A stretch of DNA of 64,000 nucleotides from Candidatus Poribacteria bacterium (lineage in GTDB: Bacteria; Poribacteria; WGA-4E; UBA9662): NCBI GenBank assembly GCA_036339735.1, contig JAYZAL010000066.1, forward strand, positions 32,001 to 96,000. Direction: 5' to 3'. The stretch's first letter is position 1. The number at the start of each line of letters is the position of its first letter. The position numbers were made by a program, and so were the translations under genes. Below, one piece after another: positions 21,201 to 30,464 of the stretch. The notes beneath the pieces were generated by a model. The model was given only the letters and a program-made list of their open reading frames with translations. It did no database searches and had not been told where the DNA came from.

Positions 21201-22292
21201 GACCAAGCAGGTAATGACTTGAATTGGATTTATGATTTTGATTACGATACTCGTCCCCCAGAGATCCAAACCTCAGATTTACAGATTAATGGGCAGCCAC
21301 TAATTGTTGATGCTAACCATATCGACTACCCATCAGTTGCAGGTCGTGGTGGTTCAGTTATCATAACAGCCAAGATAAAGGATAGTGACGGTTTAGGGGT
21401 AGACTTATCAACTTCCAGCATAAATGTTATCTCACCAAGTGGTGAGGCCATAACCGGAGGCCTCACACAGAATGGAATTGATTTTCTGGTTTTTAGCTCA
21501 TCGCAATTATTGCCCAATCAAGGATACTATAGGGTGGTGATTACAAGCGTCGGGTTAGATCCTCAGAACTTGGGTTTCCAGCCGACAAAGACAATTAGTA
21601 CTGAATTCCTCTATGAGACATTACCACCGGTTGCAAGCCTCACTGATAGTGGTAAAGATAAGATTGAAGAAGGAGATGCCTTAACACTAAAAGGTGTAGC
21701 TTCAGATCCTGATAGTCAAGAAATACCAGCTTCTGGTGTTAGTCGTGTTGAGATTGTTGGTACAGGACCCGACGGAAAAGATATAGAACCGGCTGTAGCG
21801 GTGGACATGAGTAAAGGTGGTAGTAACCAATGGAGTAGCTGGAAAATTGATTACTTACCACCTAAATCTGGTAGATATGTATTGAGTGTTCGAGTTTATG
21901 ATAAAGCGGGTAATGCCGAAACTTATGAAAAGAAAGATGTTACTTTCACAGTTTCACTTGGATTCAAAGGTGAGACATTTTGTTGGCCTAATCCCGTATC
22001 GTTGTCTGCGTCATCTAGTGGTTCGGTGGCACATATATCTTTCGATCCTAATATAGCCAGTAATGATACAGCTAATCTGACCCTTAGTGTTTACGATTTA
22101 TCTGGTGACTTAGTCTATCGATATAAAGAACCTGATATAAAACCAGGTAGACAAGATACTACACTCAAATGGAATTTAAGTAATTCTTCTGGAAGTAAGG
22201 TCGCACGTGGTATTTACCTTTTTCGACTGGAAATAGTAAATGGCGTGGATGAATCATCCAATACGGTTGGTAAAATCCTAGTAGTGGAATAA
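15282..22292 (+). CDS. Giant exported Ig-like repeat protein (2336 aa) with FlgD-Ig/T9SS-CTD-like termini
   Basis: Signal-like N-terminus, two FSPNGD..D units, many ~100-aa repeats (SGID...DGS.DG.Y....A.D.AGN...F.YDT.PP), and C-terminal CWPNP..SVYDLSG..LKWNL....GSKVARGIYLFRL..GKILVVE. Confidence 0.8.
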   Translation: MGKRGLSCKDSQASISVQAPITGISLGVIWWYVLCSCISVYAADFAIPPQVLDDTTEIDAVFSPNGDNIQDKVVIVFEMDGTTGEYEIIIDVHGPGGVGKPDGQFNVDDDWSVLGKFGPGVTINDAPKRFRIEWDGRDSVAGTAKTVTDGNYQLRLQVDFFQNEILDPIQDSHSQIFPIIVDTESPQTSAKLERTGFSPNGDGNRDQLPINYVLGEQLSGLELLVPSHSSIQLSDLAAGNQIFNWNGQDGLGAVLPDESYNLQLRSLDLAGNESIVSLGQIWLDTKKPTISQIIPSPDAKVNTTVNELIATFESGTGSQIDFDNSIISLTHLDETIQNGTVSYENMTLRLTLENSLNLASENGLYTVNVQAVDLAGNREVSTFNLVFDTIQPSVLQIRLDEDNLRDRVHVNSSIGYIEADLSDNLSGLDLANSLLQLSKSGTVVDGVQLQIDTDTIRFQLSRALKSDGSDDGAYEILLTVFDTAGNSQVQTHPLVYDTTAPTLIGTNPPDLSQEKVRIDQAVATIELTFSDQNDNVVTSGLSFDETTVFVTKSDGTLVSTIKQVTSPSNLELRFSSSLTAGDYTLSFVASDKAGNQGKETNYPFYIDLRVPEIQFTPNNVPLATLEAVSAQLINYTGIGLDLVRSSLLVQDVSGNTIPSQKTEIVDQSLVWHIKNQLPKNGSQDGNYIATANFADFEGRTYTASSTLTVDTLPPTIDKTIPVDGSKVSVLKEVDVFLNDNLSGIDFSQTEVLLSSDGGTISTTKSDNGDNHIRLTFTDRHADGSADGLYTVGITAVDLAGNISGTQNVSFYLVTQKPEIISVTPSANSRINHLSTISASLLDLSGKGIDFDKTTITLSNSSGEVLGGTSLTHTDSQITLTGIELPTDGSADGIYTMLITLVDKLGSTAEKLQKIHYDTQPPVMRTSNQSFERLSTDQVSVSFEVVDSGSGIDITNSSLQLSNTDGTVVPGQFSYDGTANLSYKSAKLNASGIYMLQVVLTDQAGNSSIPYTFYYAYGVELAEVVEVTPRLTNNLEAVVVTFKSQQSLDFEQTILELIAPNQQVVSGVMTNDGQQLITFTPSIPLAVDGSQDGAYALTIQPSVMAIGRSDKKWSGEITFDTQPPEVKSISYITQPEQLAVDLQGTVVGLPTQFQLVLADTISGINGQQTTAQLISPTGQVSTTKSLKADIETNEYSINLSLNSQPKPDPSVNGDYVLEIIAVDLAGNSTTYSRSFTVMWAAATVSSTQPASFSKLNELQRVDVMLENMAETEIEKMATVRLVSPDNSEVAGRQEVVGTMVSWILDQPPPQDGTADGVYTIQSTVLKNDQVLLSENTTFLYDTKSPQVDSVVLQTNELTELIPSQVIMVTEPFSAIKIKIVDQLAGTDLTTSTVSLRTSEGLGIEQGLNNGTGEVLEVKNNGIDTITVEFAELKLTGIYTLVITPKDLAGNTGHPSLYQINLNLSKPKLTSIKISDRLGLVTAELANATAEYSTIEVVGPNGQVIGKTTEDNLKKQITWTPTNLAQDGTDDGVYTITVTPVNKQGISGQVLVKRFTYDTQEPEINNITAVDLTQPVSYLSNPTSQITATVSDLGPAGLDTEQQKITLIDSSGQTVSAFLTHDGRENLYFTFNPSFAKDGTNDGEYQLAINLIDKAGNKKDFTHSVFYDSSPPTLTDIIPGDGALLKGEINQVTVNLADKNGSGIDFSLTTISVTDTEGNSVSGQMSHDGKSKIIFKIDDLAPSGSYLVRVEVADRAGNQAIFESGFTNLSNLLVASSTTPVTRPIEKAFNRKKLDSVTVQLPKDVGIHLSTLHLVDSSGQMVMGYQDRNGSSDLQYQLQKPLKDDGSDDGTYTIVFTPISANGQRGQPQLMSFVHDTVEPEIDDGQIRLNVAQAGVNNSLVSIQLPVYDPSPSSGIDWLERPLPIVVTLESFAKENIAGRILVESDKEEVTFVLNKPLASDGSQDGKYKLKVDVTDQAGNDLNWIYDFDYDTRPPEIQTSDLQINGQPLIVDANHIDYPSVAGRGGSVIITAKIKDSDGLGVDLSTSSINVISPSGEAITGGLTQNGIDFLVFSSSQLLPNQGYYRVVITSVGLDPQNLGFQPTKTISTEFLYETLPPVASLTDSGKDKIEEGDALTLKGVASDPDSQEIPASGVSRVEIVGTGPDGKDIEPAVAVDMSKGGSNQWSSWKIDYLPPKSGRYVLSVRVYDKAGNAETYEKKDVTFTVSLGFKGETFCWPNPVSLSASSSGSVAHISFDPNIASNDTANLTLSVYDLSGDLVYRYKEPDIKPGRQDTTLKWNLSNSSGSKVARGIYLFRLEIVNGVDESSNTVGKILVVE

Positions 22293-22298
22293 TTCGGA

Positions 22299-23372
22299 AT
22301 GGGTCAATATAAACCACTTCAAGTTGCTATCGTGGGTTGCGGCAATATTTCACGTGCTTATGGTGCTAGCCTTAGTAAACGGCCAGATCAGGTTGAAGTA
22401 ATCGGGGCTTACGATCTAGATCAAGATAAAGCCACAAGTTATGTTTCAGAATTTGGTGGGCAAATTTATCCAAGTTTAGAAGCATTATTAGACGACGAGA
22501 AAGTTGAAGCTGTCGTCAACTTGACCATACATACGGCTCATGCTGAAGTAACTGCTGCAGCACTCAATGCTGGTAAACATGTTCACGTTGAAAAGCCTCT
22601 CGCTACAAATCGTGAAGATGGTCAAATGGTAGTTGATTTGGCAGAAGCCAAAGGATTACGCTTGAGTGCCTCTCCATTCACTTTTCTAGGAGAAGGACAG
22701 CAGACCGTTTTGAAAGCGGTTCAGTCCGGTCTGGTGGGTCCAATCTTGACGGCTTACGCAGAAATGAATTGGGCAAGAATTGAACGCTGGCATCCCAATC
22801 CAGCTCCGTTTTATCAAAAAGGTGTTGGCCCAATGTTAGATGTTGGTGTATACGCTCTAACTTTTCTGACTTCAGTCTTGGGAGTTGTCAAGAATGTACA
22901 AGGTTATGCTCAAATATGCCAGCCTCAACGAAAGACCAAAGCTGGACAAGCCTACCAAGTGACAACACCCGATCAAATCACTGGCTTTCTTCACTTTGAA
23001 TCAGGTATTACCGCTCGGTTGACTGCAAGTTTTCTAGGATTTAGCAAACAAGTAGGTGTTGAATTTCACGGCCGAAATGGATCTATTTATATCTCTTCCT
23101 CTCATGATTTCGATGCCATAGTAGAGGTACATACTCTCGACGATGAGTGGAAGACAATACCGTATATTGCTACGCCTTTTCGAGGTGTAGAGTGGGGGCG
23201 AGCCGTATTCCAATTAGCTGACTCCATAAGAATGGGCGTCCCGCAAAGATGTACAGGTCAACAAGCTAATCACGTCCTTGAAATTTGCTTAAGTATTTTG
23301 GACTCGGCTGAGGAAAACTCTGCTCTTATTCCAATCAAATCGACTTTTGAACTACCTATTCCTGCATACTAA
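22299..23372 (+). CDS. Gfo/Idh/MocA family oxidoreductase
   Basis: VAIVGCGNIS, AGKHVHVEKPLA, GPMLDVGVY. Confidence 0.92.
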   Translation: MGQYKPLQVAIVGCGNISRAYGASLSKRPDQVEVIGAYDLDQDKATSYVSEFGGQIYPSLEALLDDEKVEAVVNLTIHTAHAEVTAAALNAGKHVHVEKPLATNREDGQMVVDLAEAKGLRLSASPFTFLGEGQQTVLKAVQSGLVGPILTAYAEMNWARIERWHPNPAPFYQKGVGPMLDVGVYALTFLTSVLGVVKNVQGYAQICQPQRKTKAGQAYQVTTPDQITGFLHFESGITARLTASFLGFSKQVGVEFHGRNGSIYISSSHDFDAIVEVHTLDDEWKTIPYIATPFRGVEWGRAVFQLADSIRMGVPQRCTGQQANHVLEICLSILDSAEENSALIPIKSTFELPIPAY

Positions 23373-23423
23373 CGTAATGGATTTATTGAATACACAAACT
23401 AAACCGAAGATCAAAATAAGCTA

Positions 23424-24356
23424 ATGAAAAAATACCGATATACCTCACTATTTGCGACGCTATTTATATTGCTCTGTGCCAACTTTTCCATGGCAGAAGA
23501 CATCCATAAAAAGTCGGGTACAACCTCTGCGGCATTCCTAAAAGTCGATGCTGCTAGTAGACCGATTTCCATGGGTGGAGCTTTCACTGGCTTAGCAGAT
23601 GATGTAAACGCTCTATTTTGGAACCCAGCCGGTCTCATGTCCCTCCAGAAACAACAGATATCAGCAATGCAGAACTTTTCTATTGGAAATGTTTACACTC
23701 AGGCTCTAAGCTATGGTAGAGTACTCAATCAAAAAATGGCCATTGGTGTAAGTCTACAAGGAGCATTCACTCGTATCGATTTTCGTCAAGCTCCAACGGC
23801 TACACCTGACCAAGAAGTAACTGTTGGTGGATTTGCTCCTGGTTTTAGTTTGGCTTATCAACCATTTTCTTTTTTTTCCGTTGGTATAACAACAAAAGCT
23901 ATTGTGGAGCAACTTGATGTTGAGACACTCTTAGGTTTTGCGGGTGATTTAGGCATTTTAATTCGGCCTTTTGGCGAGGCCACAAAGCTTGGTGCCACCT
24001 TGCAAAATCTTGGAAGTATTAATTCAGGTTCACCTCTGCCGACAAACTTTCGCGGTGGTATTTCCTTTCAGCCAACTAAAGCAAATATTTTGGCTGCGGA
24101 TATAAACTTACCGTTGGTTGCAGGTTATCCAAGTGTTCACTTTGGCGCTGAGAATTGGTTCGGTGATTTTGTCGCTGTGCGTCTTGGTTATTCCGTGAGT
24201 CAGGGAGAGAATCCACGTAACGGTATAACCGCTGGAATCGGACTAAAGCGTAAAGGACGTGTGTCACTGGAAAATATTAACTTTCAGTTTGATTATGCAA
24301 TCGTTCCTGACCCTATGGGCAATGTCCATCGTATTGCATGCCTGATGCGCTTTTAA
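23424..24356 (+). CDS. PorV/PorQ (FadL-like) family outer-membrane beta-barrel
   Basis: Signal peptide, AFLKVDAASRPISMGGAFTGLADDVNALFWNPAGL, alternating beta-strands, C-terminal Phe (HRIACLMRF). Confidence 0.82.
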   Translation: MKKYRYTSLFATLFILLCANFSMAEDIHKKSGTTSAAFLKVDAASRPISMGGAFTGLADDVNALFWNPAGLMSLQKQQISAMQNFSIGNVYTQALSYGRVLNQKMAIGVSLQGAFTRIDFRQAPTATPDQEVTVGGFAPGFSLAYQPFSFFSVGITTKAIVEQLDVETLLGFAGDLGILIRPFGEATKLGATLQNLGSINSGSPLPTNFRGGISFQPTKANILAADINLPLVAGYPSVHFGAENWFGDFVAVRLGYSVSQGENPRNGITAGIGLKRKGRVSLENINFQFDYAIVPDPMGNVHRIACLMRF

Positions 24357-24551
24357 TTTTTCTACTGAGAAAAAATTAATATTGTGTGGATTGAAAGTAT
24401 ATTCACTCAGAAGTTCGAGGGCAATAAATCAATTTCTGTCCCCAAATCTTTTATCTACAACATTAGCCTTGCTCGCTTTATGTAGGCTTGGCTGTCTCCT
24501 TCCACAGCTTACTCGATCTCTAAAACAGTAAACTATATAATATTTTTGTTC

Positions 24552-24599
24552 TTGTACCAAAAAAGGGGCTTTTTGTATAAGCCCCCTTTTTTGGTACAA
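24552..24599. terminator. Bidirectional intrinsic terminator between convergent porV-like and ppdK genes
   Basis: TTGTACCAAAAAAGGGGCTT-N7-AAGCCCCCTTTTTTGGTACAA, 12 nt past the ppdK stop. Confidence 0.85.
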
Positions 24600-24611
24600 A
24601 TCTGTTTCTGG

Positions 24612-27329
24612 TTAGTCTTGAATTACTGCATGTGCAGCCGCTAGTCTGGCGATCGGTACGCGAAACGGAGAACAAGATACATAATCCATGTTAATGTTAT
24701 GACAGAAGATAACTGAATCGGCATCACCACCGTGTTCACCACAAATTCCAACTTTTAGATCAGGCCGGGTTTTGCGTCCACGCTCGATGCCAACTTCTAT
24801 CAATTGGCCAACACCATCCTGATCTACTGTTTGGAATGGATCATTGTCTAGAACACCTTGTTCGAGATAATCTGGCAAGAAACCAGCAACGTCATCACGG
24901 CTAAAACCGAAACTCATTTGCGTAAGATCATTGGTACCAAAGGAGAAAAATTCTGCAGCTTCAGCAACTTTATCCGCAGTTAAAGCTGCTCGGGGAATTT
25001 CGATCATAGTGCCAACCATATGATCAATCACATCGACATTATATTTCTCTCGCACTTCTTGATAGACTTGGTCTACAATTTTCTTTTGGTTCTTGAGTTC
25101 ATTGACATGTCCTAGTACTGGGATCATGATTTCCGGATGGGTATCCTTTCCCTCTTGAGTCAACTCAACAGCGGATTCAAGAATCGCACGTACTTGTGCT
25201 TCAGTAATTTCCGGAAAGCTTATACCTAGACGGACACCACGATGTCCCATCATGGGATTAGTTTCGTGCAGATCATCGCTACGCCGGTTAAATTCGGTAA
25301 TGCTGACATTCAATTCACTTGCCAACTCTTGACGAGCATTTGCATCGTGTGGAACAAACTCATGTAGTGGAGGATCTAACAGTCGAATTGTGACAGGATA
25401 TCCTGACATAACATCTAAAGTGGCTTTAATATCTGATTTCATATGCGGATAAAGTTCGTCGAGTGCAGCCCTACGTTCCACTTCATCTGATGACATAATC
25501 ATCTTTCTCAGCTTAAATAATGGCTCATCGGAACCTTCACCATAGAACATGTGTTCTATGCGGAACAGCCCAATACCTTCAGCTCCAAATCCAATTGCTC
25601 TTTGAGCATCGGCTGGCGTGTCGGCATTGGTCCGAATTTTTAACCGCCTGAATTCATCAGCGAAGTCCATCAGTTCGGTAAACTCGACATTAGTCTCTAA
25701 ATCTGGGTCTATTAGATCGAGCTGCCCTTCGTAAACGTTACCTGTTGTTCCATTTAGGGTAATCCACTCACCCTCTTTTAATATTTGTCCACCTATGGAC
25801 ATCTGCCGATTCTCAACATCAATTTCAATATCAGAACAACCAACGATGCAACACTTACCCCAAGCGCGTGCCACTAGAGCTGCATGACTGGTCATTCCAC
25901 CTTTAGCTGTTAGGACTGCTGACGCCGCATGCATTCCGTGCACGTCTTCTGGACTAGTTTCGTCCCGTACCAGAATAACTTTTTCACCATTTTCTTTACC
26001 TTGGGTTACAGCATCATCAGATGTGAAGACCAGTTTGCCATTGGCACCACCAGGTCCAGCAGGCAAACCCTTTGCCAATAATTCAGCCGTCCCTTCTGCG
26101 GCAGGATCCACCATAGGCAACAAAACCTGAACAAGTGAGTCTGCCGAGACTCTTTTTAAAGCTTCTTTTTTATCAATTAAACCTTCTTTACACATATCAA
26201 CAGCCATTTTAATTGCTGCTGCACCTGTACGTTTACCTGTCCGGCACTGTAGCATCCATAGCTGGCCATCCTCAATTGTAAACTCAATATCCTGCATATC
26301 TCCATAGTGTTGTTCCAACTTTTCACGAAGATCGATCATTTCATCGTAGCAGGCTTTATGGCGGGACTCCAAAGTTTCGGAATCATCACTACTGTCATTT
26401 TTCATTAGGTCATTAACTGGTAGTGGAGTGCGCAAACCAGCAACCACGTCTTCTCCTTGGGCGTTTGCTAGCCATTCACCATAGAAAATATTCTCACCTG
26501 TGGCAGGATCGCGTGTAAAAGCAACACCTGTAGCGGAATTCTCGCCCATATTACCAAACACCATAGCCTGAACGTTAACTGCCGTTCCCCATTCATCGGG
26601 AATCCCTTCGATCCGGCGATAGGCGATTGCACGCGTTGAATTCCAAGAATCGAATACGGCTCCAATAGCCCCCCAAATTTGCTCTTCGGCGGAATCTGGG
26701 AAAGGTGTTCCTAGGACTCTTTCGACTGTGGTTTTATACTGATCTACCAAATCTTTCAAATCATCAGCAGTTAGATCCGTGTCGCCTTCAGCACCAAGAG
26801 CTTCTTTCTTAGCTTCTAGTAAATGTTCTAGTTGTAATCGAATTCCTCTTCCTTCTCTAGGCTCGATCCCTTTACTCTTTTCCATGACTACATCTGAATA
26901 CATGGTAATAAGCCGACGGTAGGCATCGTAGGCGAAGCGCTCATTCCCGGTTTGTTTGATCAAACCACCAATCGTTTCCGTGGTTAACCCCACATTCAAG
27001 ATAGTATCCATCATTCCTGGCATTGATTGTCGAGCCCCTGATCGAACCGAAAGTAAAAGAGGATTTTCGGTGGAACCATAAGCTCCACCACGAATATCAC
27101 CCATCTTGACAATCGCAGCATTAACTTGTTCTTTTAGACCCTCGGGATAATCACCATCTAATTCGTAGTAAATGTTACACAGATCAGTAGGAATTGTAAA
27201 ACCGGGTGGGACAGGAAAACCAAGATTTGCCATTTCACAGAGGTTGGCTCCCTTACCCCCTAGCAGATTCCTCATTGTTGAATCACCTTCGGCAGTCCCC
27301 CCGCCAAAGGAATAGACGTATTTAGACAT
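24612..27329 (-). CDS. ppdK: Pyruvate, phosphate dikinase
   Basis: LLGGKGANL, LLLSVRSGA..SMPGMMDT, GGMTSHAALVAR (phospho-His), FSFGTNDLTQ, GICGEHGG. AAGGAGG RBS. Confidence 0.98.
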   Translation of the reverse strand: MSKYVYSFGGGTAEGDSTMRNLLGGKGANLCEMANLGFPVPPGFTIPTDLCNIYYELDGDYPEGLKEQVNAAIVKMGDIRGGAYGSTENPLLLSVRSGARQSMPGMMDTILNVGLTTETIGGLIKQTGNERFAYDAYRRLITMYSDVVMEKSKGIEPREGRGIRLQLEHLLEAKKEALGAEGDTDLTADDLKDLVDQYKTTVERVLGTPFPDSAEEQIWGAIGAVFDSWNSTRAIAYRRIEGIPDEWGTAVNVQAMVFGNMGENSATGVAFTRDPATGENIFYGEWLANAQGEDVVAGLRTPLPVNDLMKNDSSDDSETLESRHKACYDEMIDLREKLEQHYGDMQDIEFTIEDGQLWMLQCRTGKRTGAAAIKMAVDMCKEGLIDKKEALKRVSADSLVQVLLPMVDPAAEGTAELLAKGLPAGPGGANGKLVFTSDDAVTQGKENGEKVILVRDETSPEDVHGMHAASAVLTAKGGMTSHAALVARAWGKCCIVGCSDIEIDVENRQMSIGGQILKEGEWITLNGTTGNVYEGQLDLIDPDLETNVEFTELMDFADEFRRLKIRTNADTPADAQRAIGFGAEGIGLFRIEHMFYGEGSDEPLFKLRKMIMSSDEVERRAALDELYPHMKSDIKATLDVMSGYPVTIRLLDPPLHEFVPHDANARQELASELNVSITEFNRRSDDLHETNPMMGHRGVRLGISFPEITEAQVRAILESAVELTQEGKDTHPEIMIPVLGHVNELKNQKKIVDQVYQEVREKYNVDVIDHMVGTMIEIPRAALTADKVAEAAEFFSFGTNDLTQMSFGFSRDDVAGFLPDYLEQGVLDNDPFQTVDQDGVGQLIEVGIERGRKTRPDLKVGICGEHGGDADSVIFCHNINMDYVSCSPFRVPIARLAAAHAVIQD

Positions 27330-27500
27330 AACGATGCCTCCTTAGTGTTAAAGTATTAATTAATAATCGTTCGGATTTGTTTACAAGCGGCCGAGTATTT
27401 TAAAGTAGGAAAATATAAAAACGCAATACAACTCTAGGAACACAGCTGTAAGTCTGCACAAATGTATTCCCATTTGGCTAATCACTTAATTCCTCAGTTT

Positions 27501-28859
27501 TTATATCGAGTAAATCATTTTACTTGCTTCCTCGTATTCAGCTTGAAGTGGATCAGTTGATAAAAATAACTTTTGGTAAGGTTCATAAAGTTGGATATAA
27601 CTCCAGTTTACACCACAAGTAATTTTCTTCTCATTGCAGAGTTGCACAAAACGTCCCCGGAATTTAGCCCGAGTGGTTTCAGGTGGAAAACGCATGGCAC
27701 GTTCAATATTTTTGTCTTTACAAATTCGATGAACTAGACTTTCTCTTTCCAACTTATAGTATAATCCCTGATCGGTACGAACGTTGTGATACTGTAAGTC
27801 AAGCATCGCAACTTTCGCCGAATCCCAGTTCAAATTTCTTGTTTTTACATACTTATCAATCAGTTTCTTTTTGATAACCCAGTCAAGTTCTCTGTCTAAT
27901 TGCATTGGGTCATCGGACAAATACTGCAAGACATATTGCCAGTATTCCATTGTCTGGTCAGTGATAAAATCAGATTCCTCTTGCTCTAAATAGCGCTTGG
28001 CTGTGTAAAAGTATTCCCACTGTAATTCAACCGCAGATAAACGCTTTCCATTTTCGAGCTCGATTTTACGCGTGCAAGTTATATCATCTGAAATTTGTTG
28101 AATGGCTCGAACGGCATTTTTCAAATTGAAACTTTGCTCAATAAAACCATCTTCTATCATCCTCAAAATGATGTTGGTGGTTGCTATCTTCAAAAAGTTG
28201 GTGAATTCTGACATATTTGAGTCACCAACAATAACATGTAAACGACGATATTTTTCTCGATCTGCGTGAGGCTCATCTCTTGTATTTATAATGCCACGCG
28301 CAGTTGTAGTAGCGATTGAGATCTCCTCACGAATGTGCTGAGCCCTCTGTGAGATAGAATAACGACCATCTTTTTCAAGTTTAATCTTACCTGCGCCACT
28401 AAAGACCTGACGTGTGACAAAAAACGGTATTAACTTCGATGCCAATTGGCGAAAAGTAACTCGTCTGTCCATCAGATAATTTTCGTGGCAACCAAACGTA
28501 TTGCCGGGAGTATCTGTGTTGTTTTTGAAAACCGAAATAACTCCATCAAACCCATCACTTTTCATACGGCGTTCGGCCGAACGGGCTAATTGAGCCAGAA
28601 TTCGTTCACCTGCTTTATCATGAGCAACAAGGTCAATTACATCATCACATTCAGGTGTAGCATATTCCGGATGGCAACCTATATCTTGGTAAAATCTAGC
28701 TCCATTTTCGAGAAAAACATCTGGATACATTCGACCATGAATGATTTCACGGAACAAATACATAACAGTATTTTGAATTGACATAGGCTTTGAATTCGGG
28801 TGCTTAGGAGTACAGATGATTCCGTATTCTGTTTCAATCCCAAATATACGTCTTTTCAT
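27501..28859 (-). CDS. pafA: Pup--protein ligase
   Basis: RIFGIETEYG, FLENGARFYQD..HPEYATPEC, GCHENY, RDEPHAD..YRRLHVIVGDSN, LDLQYH. Lacks the Dop loop. ATGA overlap with prcA. Confidence 0.93.
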   Translation of the reverse strand: MKRRIFGIETEYGIICTPKHPNSKPMSIQNTVMYLFREIIHGRMYPDVFLENGARFYQDIGCHPEYATPECDDVIDLVAHDKAGERILAQLARSAERRMKSDGFDGVISVFKNNTDTPGNTFGCHENYLMDRRVTFRQLASKLIPFFVTRQVFSGAGKIKLEKDGRYSISQRAQHIREEISIATTTARGIINTRDEPHADREKYRRLHVIVGDSNMSEFTNFLKIATTNIILRMIEDGFIEQSFNLKNAVRAIQQISDDITCTRKIELENGKRLSAVELQWEYFYTAKRYLEQEESDFITDQTMEYWQYVLQYLSDDPMQLDRELDWVIKKKLIDKYVKTRNLNWDSAKVAMLDLQYHNVRTDQGLYYKLERESLVHRICKDKNIERAMRFPPETTRAKFRGRFVQLCNEKKITCGVNWSYIQLYEPYQKLFLSTDPLQAEYEEASKMIYSI

Positions 28860-29563
28860 GACAAAATTTCGGTTATATCCTCAACGGACAAGCGAGAAAA
28901 TTTGCGCCGATTTCTTTTTTGGTCCAAGACTGCGACCTCTAGCGTCGATGGGTTAATCGCATAACGATCTACCTCGTCGACGCTATCTTCAATAGAAATG
29001 AAGGTTTCTGTAGCCAATTTTACAGCAGCTGGTAAGCTAAGTTCAGCTTGATAGGTATCTTCCAGAATTTGAGAAATTTCATCGGACCTTCCACCAATTA
29101 CGGCGTAGTCTTTTTCTTCCCAAAATGTACCATCAAAAGAAATGTGGTAAATATTATTCGCTTGATTGCCTGTTTCAGCAACCTCACAAACCAATAACTC
29201 GACTTCTAAAGGTTTAGAATCCAACTGCCAAAATACACCACCGATATATTGGGAATAAACATTAGTCAACCACTTAGCCGTAACATCTTGCCTTGTGTAA
29301 GTTAGCCCTTTGATCTCAGCGTCGCGAATACCAACAAAACGGAGTGTTTCATACTCTCGATAAAGGCCGGTCGCAGCAAACCCAATCCGGTCATAGATCT
29401 CCGATATTTTAAAAACCGTTGACAATGGATTTTCCGCGACTAAAACGATTCCTTCTGCATACTCCAGAACAATTACTTCTTTGGCCTGATCAATACCTTT
29501 ATGGACAAAATCTGATTTATCCTGCATGATCTGATCTGGAGAAACATAGTACGGTGATGCCAT
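28856..29563 (-). CDS. prcA: 20S proteasome alpha subunit
   Basis: PYYVSPDQIMQDK, KISEIYDRIGFAA, KPLEVELLV.EV, LEVAVLD...RRKF; actinobacterial-type PrcA signature. Confidence 0.95.
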   Translation of the reverse strand: MASPYYVSPDQIMQDKSDFVHKGIDQAKEVIVLEYAEGIVLVAENPLSTVFKISEIYDRIGFAATGLYREYETLRFVGIRDAEIKGLTYTRQDVTAKWLTNVYSQYIGGVFWQLDSKPLEVELLVCEVAETGNQANNIYHISFDGTFWEEKDYAVIGGRSDEISQILEDTYQAELSLPAAVKLATETFISIEDSVDEVDRYAINPSTLEVAVLDQKRNRRKFSRLSVEDITEILS

Positions 29564-29630
29564 AAAAACAAATTCCTCGCAAGCTATCCTAGATTTCTTT
29601 AAGTCTCAATCTTCAGTAAGAGATTAATTG

Positions 29631-30464
29631 CTACTCACTTTCGGAAAGCGAGCTTTTATTTTCGCTAATCCTTTGAAAGAGATCAGTGTAAAAGGATTTT
29701 ATTATTTCTGGGGAGACTTCGGTAATGCCTGATTGATCGATAATACGAACAATCGGATAAATGTTACGAAGGAAATCTGGACCTGCGGTCCCAACATCTT
29801 CGTCTGCAGCATCCCATAGAGCATGGAGAACAGCATGAAGGGCTTCCCTTGACTTCATTTCAGGACGATACAATTTTTTAAGAGCTGACCGAGCATCCTT
29901 GCCGCCTGACCCCTCAGCATAGTAATCTACCTGTTCGTAACGCCCTCCGGTAATATCATATTTGAAAATACGCCCTATATTCTCTTTTAAATCATAGCCG
30001 GCAAAGATTGGTATGACAATCAAACCCTGAAGTGCCAAGGGTAAATTGGATTTCAGCATGTTTGATAAATAACTGGCTTTTCCCTCTAGACTTAGGTGAG
30101 ATCCTTCGACTTTCTCGTAGAACTCCACCTGAGTTTGAAAGAGTTTAGCCATATCAATACATGGACCAGCAACACCTGCAATAGCAATAGCCGAATGTGT
30201 ATCAACCTCATATACTTTTTGGACCCTACGTTCACCAATTTGGAATCCTCCAGTTGCTTGACGATCTCCTGCTACAACGACACCGTCAGCGTAAATTAGA
30301 GCTAGGATCGTTGTGCCTTCTAAGAATTGTCCCACCTCGCCACGAGGCTGAGTAGATTCTATAAACTGAGCGTTAGTAGAAAAAGATTGTAACAAGCTAG
30401 GTTGTCGACACTTCAGAATTTGAAGAAGATCATTTGTTATGTATTCTGACTGATCGGGCGCCAC
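29631..30464 (-). CDS. prcB: 20S proteasome beta subunit (50-aa propeptide)
   Basis: G|TTILAL nucleophile, VVVAGDRQAT, K33-like RRVQKV, GSGG, DAADEDVGTAGPD. The GTG start shares 1 nt with the pup stop. Confidence 0.95.
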   Translation of the reverse strand: MAPDQSEYITNDLLQILKCRQPSLLQSFSTNAQFIESTQPRGEVGQFLEGTTILALIYADGVVVAGDRQATGGFQIGERRVQKVYEVDTHSAIAIAGVAGPCIDMAKLFQTQVEFYEKVEGSHLSLEGKASYLSNMLKSNLPLALQGLIVIPIFAGYDLKENIGRIFKYDITGGRYEQVDYYAEGSGGKDARSALKKLYRPEMKSREALHAVLHALWDAADEDVGTAGPDFLRNIYPIVRIIDQSGITEVSPEIIKSFYTDLFQRISENKSSLSESE

